A stretch of DNA of 64,000 nucleotides, taken from the NCBI GenBank assembly GCA_002717625.1, contig PBEF01000023.1:42103-106102 (forward strand). Direction: 5' to 3'. The number at the start of each line of letters is the position of its first letter. Within the stretch, counting starts at the first letter, position 1. A program made the position numbers and the translations under genes. This stretch comes from Fidelibacterota bacterium (GTDB lineage: Bacteria; Fidelibacterota; Marinisomatia; SCGC-AAA003-L08; D37C17). Under the pieces are notes generated by a model, which saw only the letters and a program-made list of their open reading frames with translations, was not told where the DNA came from and made no database searches. Shown piece by piece: positions 20,849-30,153 of the stretch.

Positions 20849-22870
20849 ATGATAAAAACCGTTGTCTCTATTTATATCCTTTTCTTCTTTTTTGCTTTAT
20901 TTTTATTTATGTTGTATAAATATTGGATAAATATTAAAGATGAAAAAAGAAATATAAGATATATCTTAGTAACAATTCGTTCAACAGTTCTCCTAATGTT
21001 ATTAATTATATTTTCAAATCCATTGTTTTTATTAAATCAAACAATTATAGATAATAAAAAGATAGCTGTATTTTTAGATAATTCTAAAAGCGTCTCTTTT
21101 TTAAAAAATAGTAATGACTTCAAAGATAAAATTTCTTTACTTGAAAATGAATTAAATATGAACAATGTTGAATCTAATATTTATTTATTTGGAGATAGTA
21201 TACGTAATTTAACTGATTATTCTAAAATTGATTTCAATGATAGTTCAACTGATATAAATCAAGTTTTTGAAGCAGTAAAATTTTTGAATTACAATGAATA
21301 TATTTTAATCAGCGATGGTATGCAAAATCAGGGATTACTTGATTTCCTATTATTACCTAATGTTGTTATTAATGTATTTGGCTTAAACTCAAATTATAAA
21401 AATGAGGATTTATCAATAAATGATGTTAGTATAGTATATACAAGTAAAGATAGTATACATATTAAAACTAAAATCTTATCAGAGTCTACTTATAATTATA
21501 ACTCTATTTTAGTTAGGCTTTCGAATGATAAGGTGAATAATAAAGATTTAGGGTATGTTGATATAGCAAGTGATAAAAAAGTATTTTTCAATGATTTTAT
21601 TATATCTAAATCTGATTTGTCATCTAATAATATTATTCATATAGAGAACATTGATAATGAATCAAATTTAGATAATAATTATTATAATTTTACATTAGAT
21701 TTAAATTCTTTAAATCGTAAAAAAGCATTACTTTTTTCTGGACGATTATCTCAAAACACAAAATATATTAAGAGCTTAATTAAGGAATATCCTAATATAG
21801 ATTTATATCATTTTTATAATCTATATGAATTTAATCCAAATGAAGTTCAAATTGATCAGTTTGACATTATCATTCTTGATAGTTTTCCCATTAGTCCTGA
21901 ACATCTAAAAATTGTAAAAGAATATAAGTTTTTTAAGAATAAAAATATAGTGTTTTTAAAAGGACCATCTGTTAATGATGATTATAATTATTATAATGAA
22001 TATTTATTTCAGTGGGGTTATGTCTTTAATCCTGAAAAAAATGGTGATATTGTTTCATATAATACTGAAAATTATAATCTATATGGAAGTATAATTAATA
22101 AAATAGCTCCAATAAATACCGATAGAAAGTTAACTAATATCAACCTTGAAAAATCAATTTTATATGATAAGAATAATAGCAGTACACTTATTGATTATAA
22201 AGATAATAATTTATTTTTATTTATACCAAATCTTTCAAAAGCTTCAAATGAAACATTAAGTATATATAATACTGATAATTTAAAATTCTTAATTAACTTA
22301 TTATTTAAGAAAATTATTTTTGATTTTGATACAGATAGGCCTGTTATTTATTCTAACAATAAAAGTCCTTATATAAATAATAATTTTAATTTATATATGG
22401 ATTTAAATAAAATTAATTCACAATATGAAAAAATTAAATTTTTTATATATAATAAAGATGGATCTATTTATTCTGAAATTAATAATTGTAGTCTAAATCA
22501 AGATAAGGTCTATAAGTGCACTAGCTCTTTAAATGTAGCAGGTAAATATTTTGTACAAGCTCAAATTGATTTCATAAATGGTTATAAACTTTCAAGTAAT
22601 CAAATTGAATTAATTATTAATGATTTAGATGTTGAAACAAATAACCTTGGTTTAAATCAAAAAATATTAGAAGATATTTCACTTAATTATAATGGTTTTT
22701 ATTCTAGTTTAGAAGAATTAAATAATTATGTAAATTCTATTAAACCAGAATCCTATGTAAGTTTAGATTTATCTGAAATTTTGATTTTTAATTTTCAATA
22801 TTTTTGGTTTTTAATTATTTTATTATTAATGCTAGAATGGGCTATTAGGAAAAATAAAGGATTATTATAA
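20849..22870 (+). CDS. membrane-anchored vWA-like protein (BatA-like architecture), function unknown
   Basis: It starts with an N-terminal pair of TM segments. A DxSxS MIDAS-like motif (FLDNSKS) follows, with downstream STD and ISDG. The C-terminal TM ends in LEWAIRKNKGLL. Confidence 0.45.
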   Translation: MIKTVVSIYILFFFFALFLFMLYKYWINIKDEKRNIRYILVTIRSTVLLMLLIIFSNPLFLLNQTIIDNKKIAVFLDNSKSVSFLKNSNDFKDKISLLENELNMNNVESNIYLFGDSIRNLTDYSKIDFNDSSTDINQVFEAVKFLNYNEYILISDGMQNQGLLDFLLLPNVVINVFGLNSNYKNEDLSINDVSIVYTSKDSIHIKTKILSESTYNYNSILVRLSNDKVNNKDLGYVDIASDKKVFFNDFIISKSDLSSNNIIHIENIDNESNLDNNYYNFTLDLNSLNRKKALLFSGRLSQNTKYIKSLIKEYPNIDLYHFYNLYEFNPNEVQIDQFDIIILDSFPISPEHLKIVKEYKFFKNKNIVFLKGPSVNDDYNYYNEYLFQWGYVFNPEKNGDIVSYNTENYNLYGSIINKIAPINTDRKLTNINLEKSILYDKNNSSTLIDYKDNNLFLFIPNLSKASNETLSIYNTDNLKFLINLLFKKIIFDFDTDRPVIYSNNKSPYINNNFNLYMDLNKINSQYEKIKFFIYNKDGSIYSEINNCSLNQDKVYKCTSSLNVAGKYFVQAQIDFINGYKLSSNQIELIINDLDVETNNLGLNQKILEDISLNYNGFYSSLEELNNYVNSIKPESYVSLDLSEILIFNFQYFWFLIILLLMLEWAIRKNKGLL

Positions 22871-22872
22871 AA

Positions 22873-23904
22873 ATGTCTTCTTATATAAATAGAATACTTG
22901 TTACAGGTGGTTCAGGTTTTATAGGAGCAAATTTTATCATCAATCAGTTATCAAGTACAGAAAATGTAATTTTAAATTTAGACAAACTTACATATGCTTC
23001 TTCACCTAATTCACTTAGATTAGTAGAATCCAACCCTAATTATAAATTTATTAAAGGTGATATTTCTGATAATAATTTAGTAAGTAAAATAATATTTGAT
23101 TTTAAACCAACATATTTAGTGAATTTTGCAGCTGAATCACATGTAGATAATTCTATCAAGAACCCTAAAACCTTTATTGATACAAACGTTTTAGGCGTAT
23201 TTAATTTATTATTTCAATCTAATAAATATTTCAAACAGCTAAGTCCAGTTAAAAAAGAAAAATTTAAATTTATTCATATATCAACAGATGAAGTCTATGG
23301 TAGCTTGAATAAAGGAGATGTAAGTTTTACTGAATTAAATAGGTATAATCCAAGCTCACCTTATTCTGCTTCTAAGGCTTCATCTGATCATTTAGTTTTA
23401 TCTTGGTTTAAAACTTATAATTTTCCTACTATAGTTACAAATTGTTCTAATAATTACGGCCCATTACAATTTCCTGAAAAATTAGTTCCTATGGTAATAT
23501 TAAATTGTTTAAGTGAAACAAAAATTCCTATTTATGGCGATGGTTCTAATATTAGAGATTGGATTCATGTAAATGATCATTGTGATGCAATATATAGAAT
23601 ATTATTAAAAGGGAAGATTGGGGAACAATATAATATAGGTTCTAATAATGAAGTTAAAAATATAGAAATTGTTAAATATATTTGTAAAATTTTAGATAGT
23701 AAAATTAAAAGAAATAATAATTTAAAGTATTTTGATTTAATTGAATATGTTGAGGATAGGGCTGGTCATGATTTTAGATATTCTATAGATAATACTAAAA
23801 TCAAGGAACATACAGGATGGGCTCCTCGTATATCTTTTAATGAGGGACTTGTAAATACAGTAGATTGGTATATAAATAATCAAAATTGGTGGAAAAATAT
23901 TTGA
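22873..23904 (+). CDS. rfbB: dTDP-glucose 4,6-dehydratase
   Basis: It has the Rossmann motif VTGGSGFIGANF and the catalytic YSASKASSDH. Confidence 0.93.
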   Translation: MSSYINRILVTGGSGFIGANFIINQLSSTENVILNLDKLTYASSPNSLRLVESNPNYKFIKGDISDNNLVSKIIFDFKPTYLVNFAAESHVDNSIKNPKTFIDTNVLGVFNLLFQSNKYFKQLSPVKKEKFKFIHISTDEVYGSLNKGDVSFTELNRYNPSSPYSASKASSDHLVLSWFKTYNFPTIVTNCSNNYGPLQFPEKLVPMVILNCLSETKIPIYGDGSNIRDWIHVNDHCDAIYRILLKGKIGEQYNIGSNNEVKNIEIVKYICKILDSKIKRNNNLKYFDLIEYVEDRAGHDFRYSIDNTKIKEHTGWAPRISFNEGLVNTVDWYINNQNWWKNI

Positions 23905-23920
23905 TAGGAATTATATTAAT

Positions 23921-24796
23921 ATGAAAGGAATTATTCTAGCGGCTGGTAGAGGAAGTAGGTTATATCCGCTTACAAAAGTAGTTAATAAACAGTTATTGCA
24001 AATTTATGATAAGCCAATGATTTATTATCCTTTATCAACGTTAATGCTGCTAAATATAAAAGATATTTTAATTATTACTAATCCAAAGGATCTAGATTCA
24101 TTTAAAATATTATTAGGCAATGGTTCTAGGATAGGTATAAAGATAAGTTATGCTACTCAAGATTCGCCAAAAGGGATAGCTGATGCTTTTAATATTGCAG
24201 ATAATTATATTGGAGATGATAATGTTACATTAATATTAGGAGATAATATATTTTATGGCCATGGTTTTTTAGATCCTATTCGAAAAATTATTAAAAATCC
24301 AATTGGAGCAACTGTTTTTGGTTATCCCGTCAATGATCCCGAAAGATATGGTGTTGTTGAATTTGATTCAAATTATAATGTATTAAGTATAGAAGAAAAA
24401 CCTATTAAACCAAAATCTAATTATGCTGTTCCTGGAATATATATATATGATAATAAAGTTGTAAATTATGCTAAGACTTTGAATCCTTCTAAAAGAGGAG
24501 AACTGGAAATTACAGATATAAATAAAATTTATCTTAATAATGGAAAATTAAAAGTTAATTTATTAGGTAGAGGGGTTGCATGGTTGGATACAGGTAAGCC
24601 TAACAGTTTATTTGAAGCGAGTACTTTCATATCTTATATAGAAGCAAGGCAAGGATTGAAAATATCATGCATAGAAGAGGTCGCCTATAATATGGGGTAT
24701 ATATCTAAACAGGAGCTTAAAAAAATAGTTGATAGACTGCCTGATGGATCTTATAAAGATTATTTATTTTCATTTCTCATTTCTATTAATTCATAA
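23921..24796 (+). CDS. rfbA: glucose-1-phosphate thymidylyltransferase
   Basis: The signature MKGIILAAGRGSRLYPLT is present, along with LGDNIFYG and EITD. Confidence 0.95.
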   Translation: MKGIILAAGRGSRLYPLTKVVNKQLLQIYDKPMIYYPLSTLMLLNIKDILIITNPKDLDSFKILLGNGSRIGIKISYATQDSPKGIADAFNIADNYIGDDNVTLILGDNIFYGHGFLDPIRKIIKNPIGATVFGYPVNDPERYGVVEFDSNYNVLSIEEKPIKPKSNYAVPGIYIYDNKVVNYAKTLNPSKRGELEITDINKIYLNNGKLKVNLLGRGVAWLDTGKPNSLFEASTFISYIEARQGLKISCIEEVAYNMGYISKQELKKIVDRLPDGSYKDYLFSFLISINS

Positions 24797-24801
24797 AGTT
24801 T

Positions 24802-25707
24802 ATGAAATATGATTTTTCTTTAGATTTTTTTATAATTGGTGCGCAAAAATCTGGTACTTCAACTCTTCATCAAATCCTTAAGCAAACAAATCTTGTTTCT
24901 TTACCTAAAAATAAAGAAACACATTATTTTAGCTATTTAATAAATAAAAATAAAGATTTTAGATGGTATAAGAAACAATTTGACATTAAAAAAAAACATC
25001 AAATTTTAGGTGAAGTAGATCCTTCTTATATGTATATAAAAAATACTTCTTCCAATATAAAGAAAAATATTAAATCTCCTAAAATAGTGATAATTTTAAG
25101 AAAGCCAATAGAAAGAGCTTTTTCTCATTATTTAATGTCTTATAGAAGAGGTCTTGAATCAAAATCTTTTATAGAAGGAATATTAGATGAACCTGTAAGG
25201 TTAAAGATTGCCGATGAATTTTCTCTACAGCATTTTAGCTATTTGGATCGTGGAAATTATGCAAAACAAATAAAAGAATATCAAAAACTATTTAATGATT
25301 CATTATTTTTATTTCTTAAGTTTGATGATTTATTAGAAAAAAACAGTAAAAAGAAATTAATCGTATCTTTATTTTCTTTTTTAAATATTGATTTTAAATA
25401 TGATAACTTTAATTTTGATGAAATTCATATGAATAAGAGTAAATTATTTAGATTTAGATGGATTCAAAATATACTATATGGAAAATCATATTTAAGGCGT
25501 TTATTATCAAAATTATTGATTAATGATACTTTGAGGTATAAGATAAAACAAAAAATAGAAAAAATGAATTTAAAAGAAATTAGTAGTGACTTTAAAGATA
25601 CTATACCTGAAAATTTTCCAGATAAAATAGTTCGTTGGAATAATCAGCAAGTTTATGAATTAGAAAAAGTTACAAAGCTAAACTTAAAAAATTGGATTAT
25701 TAAATAA
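24802..25707 (+). CDS. PAPS-dependent sulfotransferase family protein
   Basis: It has a 5-prime-PSB loop (FIIGAQKSGTSTL), a KETHYF motif and a 3-prime-PB motif (ILRKPIERAFSHY). Confidence 0.8.
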   Translation: MKYDFSLDFFIIGAQKSGTSTLHQILKQTNLVSLPKNKETHYFSYLINKNKDFRWYKKQFDIKKKHQILGEVDPSYMYIKNTSSNIKKNIKSPKIVIILRKPIERAFSHYLMSYRRGLESKSFIEGILDEPVRLKIADEFSLQHFSYLDRGNYAKQIKEYQKLFNDSLFLFLKFDDLLEKNSKKKLIVSLFSFLNIDFKYDNFNFDEIHMNKSKLFRFRWIQNILYGKSYLRRLLSKLLINDTLRYKIKQKIEKMNLKEISSDFKDTIPENFPDKIVRWNNQQVYELEKVTKLNLKNWIIK

Positions 25708-25709
25708 TT

Positions 25710-26558
25710 ATGCAAAAAAAACAACCTATTATTATTACAGGTCTGCATAGATCAGGAACATCATTTTTAACAAGGATTATGGAAAATAATTCAGTTTTTT
25801 TTGGGGAATCAAAGGATATTAACCAAGAATCTTTATTTTTTCAGAATATTAATAAATGGATTATGTCAATAAATAGTTCAACTTGGGATAATCCTAAATC
25901 TTTTATTGATAAGGTAGATAGTAATAGTTATGCTATGATATTAAATAAAATACGTATTTTATTAAAGAGTAGATCAAATTGTCGATATTTTGGTTTTAAA
26001 ACTTTATTTAATAAAAAAGATTTTTTCAGTTTAAATTATAATTGGGGATGGAAAGACCCTCGAAATGTATTTACATTACCCTTTTGGATAGATTTATTTC
26101 CAAAATCAAAGATCATAATAATAAAGAGGCATCCATATGATGTTTCTTTAAGCCTTTTAAATAGAAATATTAAATTGAAAAAAAAGGATTTGTTAAGTAT
26201 TAAAAAAAATATTCCATATTATTTGATTCCTTTTTTAAATCTATCTAATTTTTCTAATTTAGGAAGTTTAAGAATTAATAATATAGATGATACTATGAAA
26301 TTGTATGATTTATATATATTGGAAATAAATAAACTAGTAAATAAATATAAGGCTAATATCCTTTTAGTTAAATATGAAGATGTTGTTTTAGATTCTACTA
26401 GAGTATTATCCGAAATATATGAATTTTGTAATTTAAATTCTAGTAATGTCAAGTTACCCGAACCGATTTCTAAAGATAGAGCTTATGCATATAAGAATGT
26501 GAATATGAATTTTGATTTAGATAAATATACTGAGAAAATTAAATCTTATGATTACTAA
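25710..26558 (+). CDS. sulfotransferase family protein (second, divergent)
   Basis: It has a 5-prime-PSB-like ITGLHRSGTSFL and a 3-prime-PB-like IIKRHPYDVSLSL. Confidence 0.7.
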   Translation: MQKKQPIIITGLHRSGTSFLTRIMENNSVFFGESKDINQESLFFQNINKWIMSINSSTWDNPKSFIDKVDSNSYAMILNKIRILLKSRSNCRYFGFKTLFNKKDFFSLNYNWGWKDPRNVFTLPFWIDLFPKSKIIIIKRHPYDVSLSLLNRNIKLKKKDLLSIKKNIPYYLIPFLNLSNFSNLGSLRINNIDDTMKLYDLYILEINKLVNKYKANILLVKYEDVVLDSTRVLSEIYEFCNLNSSNVKLPEPISKDRAYAYKNVNMNFDLDKYTEKIKSYDY

Positions 26559-27087
26559 AATGAAGATTGAGAATTGCCTTATCCCTGATGTGAAATTGAT
26601 AACGAATATTGAATATCCTGATACTAGAGGTAGTTTTATTGAATCTTACAAAGAATCTATTTATACTAAGCTAGGAATTAACTATAAATTTGTTCAAGAT
26701 AATTTAGTTTATTCAAAACAAAATGTATTAAGAGGATTACATTATCAAGATAAGCATCCGCAAGGTAAATTAATTTCTGTTTTATATGGTGAAATCTTTG
26801 ATGTAGCTGTTGATATTAATAAAGATTCTAGAACTTATTTAAAGTGGGTTGGAAAAAGGCTTTCTAGGAATAATTTATCTCAATTATTTATTCCTCCTGG
26901 ATATGCTCATGGTTATTGTGTTTTATCAGATTTTGCTATAGTTATGTATAAATGTACTGAATATTATTATCCAGATGAACAAAAAGGGGTTATTTGGAAT
27001 GATAATAATATTAGTATAGATTGGCCTATTTCAAAACCTATATTATCAGATAAAGATAAAAAATTGCCTTTATTAGATAGACTTTAA
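26548..27087 (+). CDS. rfbC: dTDP-4-dehydrorhamnose 3,5-epimerase
   Basis: RmlC cupin motifs are present (IPDVKLI, RGSFIESY, RGLHYQ, HGY). An alternative ATG at 26560 would remove the 11-nt overlap with the sulfotransferase gene. Confidence 0.93.
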   Translation: MITKMKIENCLIPDVKLITNIEYPDTRGSFIESYKESIYTKLGINYKFVQDNLVYSKQNVLRGLHYQDKHPQGKLISVLYGEIFDVAVDINKDSRTYLKWVGKRLSRNNLSQLFIPPGYAHGYCVLSDFAIVMYKCTEYYYPDEQKGVIWNDNNISIDWPISKPILSDKDKKLPLLDRL

Positions 27088-28095
27088 TTTAGAGTAATCT
27101 GATTCAACCATTATTTGGACTAATTTTTTAAAATTTGTTTTAGGTTGCCAATTAAGAATATTTTTTGCTTTTTTAGCATCTCCTAATAGTAAATCAACTT
27201 CAGAAGGTCGATAAAATTTAGGATTGATTTTAATAATTTCTTTTCCACTATGAACATCTATTCCTAATTCATTTTCTTTTTCTCCAGTCCATTCTAATTG
27301 TATCTTTAATTGTGCACATGTTTCTTCTATAAAATCTCTTACAGAATAATTTTTTCCTGTTGCTATTATAAAATCATCAGGTTTTTTTTGTTGAAGCATT
27401 AAGTACATTGCCTCTACATAATCTCTTGCGTAACCCCAATCTCGCTTTGAATCAAGGTTCCCTAGTTCAATATAATCTAATATCCCAAGTTTAACTTTAG
27501 ATAAACCATGAGTTATTTTTTTAGTTACAAATTGATTGCCCCTGAGTGGAGATTCGTGATTAAATGAAATCCCAGAGCATGCAAATATATTGTAAGCTTC
27601 TCTATAATTTATTGTAATCCAATGCCCGAATAGTTTTGCAACCCCATAAGGACTTCTAGGATAGAATATAGTTTTTTCATTTTGAGGGCTTTCTGATACC
27701 TTCCCAAACATTTCAGATGATGAAGCTTGATAAAATTTAATTGAAGGATTTATATTCTTTACGGCTTCTAGTATTCTTGATACACCCAATCCTGTAACAT
27801 CTGATGTCATTATAGGCATTTCAAAAGATGCTGCAACAAAAGATTGTGCTGCTAAATTATATATTTCATCAGGCTTATATTTTTCTATGACTCTATAAAT
27901 ATTTGTAAATTCTGAAAGTTCAAAATCTACTATTTCAATATCTTTTTCAATACCAAGTTCATTTAATCTCCATAAAGAACCACTAGCACTTCTTCTTTCT
28001 CCACCTATCACTTTATAATTCTTAGATAGTAAGAATTTTGCAAGATATGCTCCATCTTGTCCTGAAATTCCAGTTATTAATGCAATTTTATTCAT
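27073..28095 (-). CDS. gmd: GDP-mannose 4,6-dehydratase
   Basis: It reads ALITGISGQDGAYLAKFLL, carries SPYGVAKL (YxxxK), and has a length typical of Gmd. Its 3-prime end overlaps rfbC by 15 nt. Confidence 0.95.
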   Translation of the reverse strand: MNKIALITGISGQDGAYLAKFLLSKNYKVIGGERRSASGSLWRLNELGIEKDIEIVDFELSEFTNIYRVIEKYKPDEIYNLAAQSFVAASFEMPIMTSDVTGLGVSRILEAVKNINPSIKFYQASSSEMFGKVSESPQNEKTIFYPRSPYGVAKLFGHWITINYREAYNIFACSGISFNHESPLRGNQFVTKKITHGLSKVKLGILDYIELGNLDSKRDWGYARDYVEAMYLMLQQKKPDDFIIATGKNYSVRDFIEETCAQLKIQLEWTGEKENELGIDVHSGKEIIKINPKFYRPSEVDLLLGDAKKAKNILNWQPKTNFKKLVQIMVESDYSKLKSI

Positions 28096-28210
28096 TTTAG
28101 TTAAAAAATATTTTGTATAATCTACTTTATTATTAAAGTTAATTTAAAATAAAATTTTACAACTTAAATATTAGTATTAAATTTACACTATATATAAAAT
28201 TAATTTTTAA

Positions 28211-29473
28211 ATGTTATCATTAAAATATATAAGAGAAAATATAGACTTAGTTAAAAAGTCTATTGCTGCAAAAAATGTTGATTTTGATTTAGCTAAGTTG
28301 CTTGAATATGATAAAAAAAGGCGTGATATAATACAGGAAGTTGAGTCATTAAAAGCAAATAGAAATATTATTAATAAAAAAATATCATCATCAAATAATG
28401 TAAAGGATAATATTGATATTATGCGATCTATATCAAAAGATATTAAAAAGCTTGATATAGAATTGAATACTATCCTCTCTAAAATAAATAATGATTTATT
28501 ATATGTACCAAATATTGTAGACTCATCAGTTCCTATTGGTGTAGATGAATCTTCTAATGTCATTGTTAGAGAGTGGGGTAAAAAACCTGAATTTGATTTT
28601 GACATAAAAGGTCATTTAGAATTATCAGAAAAACATCGATTACTTGATTTTAAGAGTGCATCAAAAATTTCTGGAAGTGCATTTCCTCTTTATACTCAAA
28701 TAGGGGCTAAATATGAAAGATCTTTAATTAATTTTATGCTTGATACTCATATAGCGGAGCATGCTTACAGTGAAGTGCTGACTCCCTTTATTGTTTCTTC
28801 TTCTGCTCCAAGGACTACTGGTAATTTACCTAAATTTAAAGATGATATGTATTATATAGAACTTGATGATATGTATTGTATTCCAACAGCAGAGGTCCCT
28901 GTTACAAATATTCATTCAAAATCTATTTTAAATGAAGATGAATTGCCTAAAAAATATGTTGCATATAGTCCTTGTTTTAGAAGAGAAGCTGGTAGTTATG
29001 GCAAGGATACAAAAGGTTTGCTTAGAGTACATCAATTCAATAAAGTTGAATTAGTTCAATTCGTTCATCCGGATAAATCTTATGATGTTTTAGAAGATCT
29101 TCTTTTAAATGCTGAAACGATTTTACAGAAATTAAATTTACATTATAGAGTCGTTTCTTTGGCTAGCGGAGATTTATCTTTTTCTGCAGCAAAATGTTAT
29201 GATATAGAAGTTTGGTCTCCATTTGAAAATAAATATTTAGAAGTTTCTAGTTGTAGTAATTTTGAATCTTTCCAAGCTAGAAGAGGTGATATTAAGTTTA
29301 GATCTAATAAAACTAATAAGGTTGATTTTGTACATACATTAAATGGTTCTGGTTTAGCTACTCCACGATTAATGGTAGCATTATTAGAAGCATATCAAAA
29401 AGAAAATAGTGACATTGAAATTCCAGGTGTATTACGTCCTTATCTAAATGTTAATAAGATTAAATCTAAATGA
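28211..29473 (+). CDS. serS: serine--tRNA ligase
   Basis: It has an N-terminal coiled-coil arm and class II motifs (CFRREAGS, GSGLATPR). Confidence 0.95.
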   Translation: MLSLKYIRENIDLVKKSIAAKNVDFDLAKLLEYDKKRRDIIQEVESLKANRNIINKKISSSNNVKDNIDIMRSISKDIKKLDIELNTILSKINNDLLYVPNIVDSSVPIGVDESSNVIVREWGKKPEFDFDIKGHLELSEKHRLLDFKSASKISGSAFPLYTQIGAKYERSLINFMLDTHIAEHAYSEVLTPFIVSSSAPRTTGNLPKFKDDMYYIELDDMYCIPTAEVPVTNIHSKSILNEDELPKKYVAYSPCFRREAGSYGKDTKGLLRVHQFNKVELVQFVHPDKSYDVLEDLLLNAETILQKLNLHYRVVSLASGDLSFSAAKCYDIEVWSPFENKYLEVSSCSNFESFQARRGDIKFRSNKTNKVDFVHTLNGSGLATPRLMVALLEAYQKENSDIEIPGVLRPYLNVNKIKSK

Positions 29474-30153
29474 TTCGCTATACACTCTTAATTTTAAATA
29501 TAATTATTTTTACACCTCTTTTTTCAATATTAGTTATATTAGTAGGTTTATTTGATTCAAAAAAAAAATATACCTCATACTTATCTAGATCCTGGGCAAA
29601 AGTAATTTTATTTTTTAGCTTTGTTAGCTATAGTATTGAAGGCTTAGATAAAATAGTATTAGAACAAAAATATATAATAATTAGTAATCATCAGTCATTT
29701 TTAGATATTCTTGTTACTTTTTCACTGTTACCTTTAGACATTTCTTTTTTTACAAAAAAAGAATTATTTTATATTCCTATTTTTGGTTGGGCTTTATTCT
29801 TGTCTGGTATGATTTCTGTTGATAGGTTCAATAAGGAAAAATCAAAAAAATCAGTTGACTCAGCTTTAAAGTATTTAAAAAAAACAAATCTATCTATTCT
29901 GAATTATCCAGAAGGGACAAGGACGGCTTTTAATAATCTTTCTAAATTTAAAAAAGGTGGTTTTATATTGGCTATTCAGTCAAATATTCCAATATTACCT
30001 ATATCTATTATTTATAGTGAAAATAATGTTACTAATAATATTAGATTAGTTGTTGATGATATAATAGAAACATTAAATTATAATCTTGAACAAAGAGATG
30101 ATTTGATTGGTATAACAAGAACAACTATAGCAAAAAAATTAAAAATTAAATGA
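29470..30153 (+). CDS. plsC: 1-acyl-sn-glycerol-3-phosphate acyltransferase
   Basis: It has an N-terminal TM segment, the HX4D motif NHQSFLDI, and PEGTR. Confidence 0.85.
   Translation: MIRYTLLILNIIIFTPLFSILVILVGLFDSKKKYTSYLSRSWAKVILFFSFVSYSIEGLDKIVLEQKYIIISNHQSFLDILVTFSLLPLDISFFTKKELFYIPIFGWALFLSGMISVDRFNKEKSKKSVDSALKYLKKTNLSILNYPEGTRTAFNNLSKFKKGGFILAIQSNIPILPISIIYSENNVTNNIRLVVDDIIETLNYNLEQRDDLIGITRTTIAKKLKIK

Noticed and set aside
28114-28121. TGTATAAT, an extended -10-like element, lies 90 nt upstream of serS.
   Set aside because: TATAAT-like strings are abundant in this composition. There is no convincing -35 partner, and I cannot tell which promoter grammar this organism uses.
28207-28605. 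A 132-aa ORF lies antisense to the 5-prime part of serS.
   Set aside because: It overlaps the conserved SerS coiled-coil arm. Its sequence is low-complexity antisense-type, and there is no independent support.
29559-29568. A-runs of 9 to 10 nt lie within coding regions, for example in plsC here and in xseA near 33105.
   Set aside because: They encode in-frame Lys runs in an AT-rich genome. Nothing suggests phase variation, since these are housekeeping genes with intact frames.
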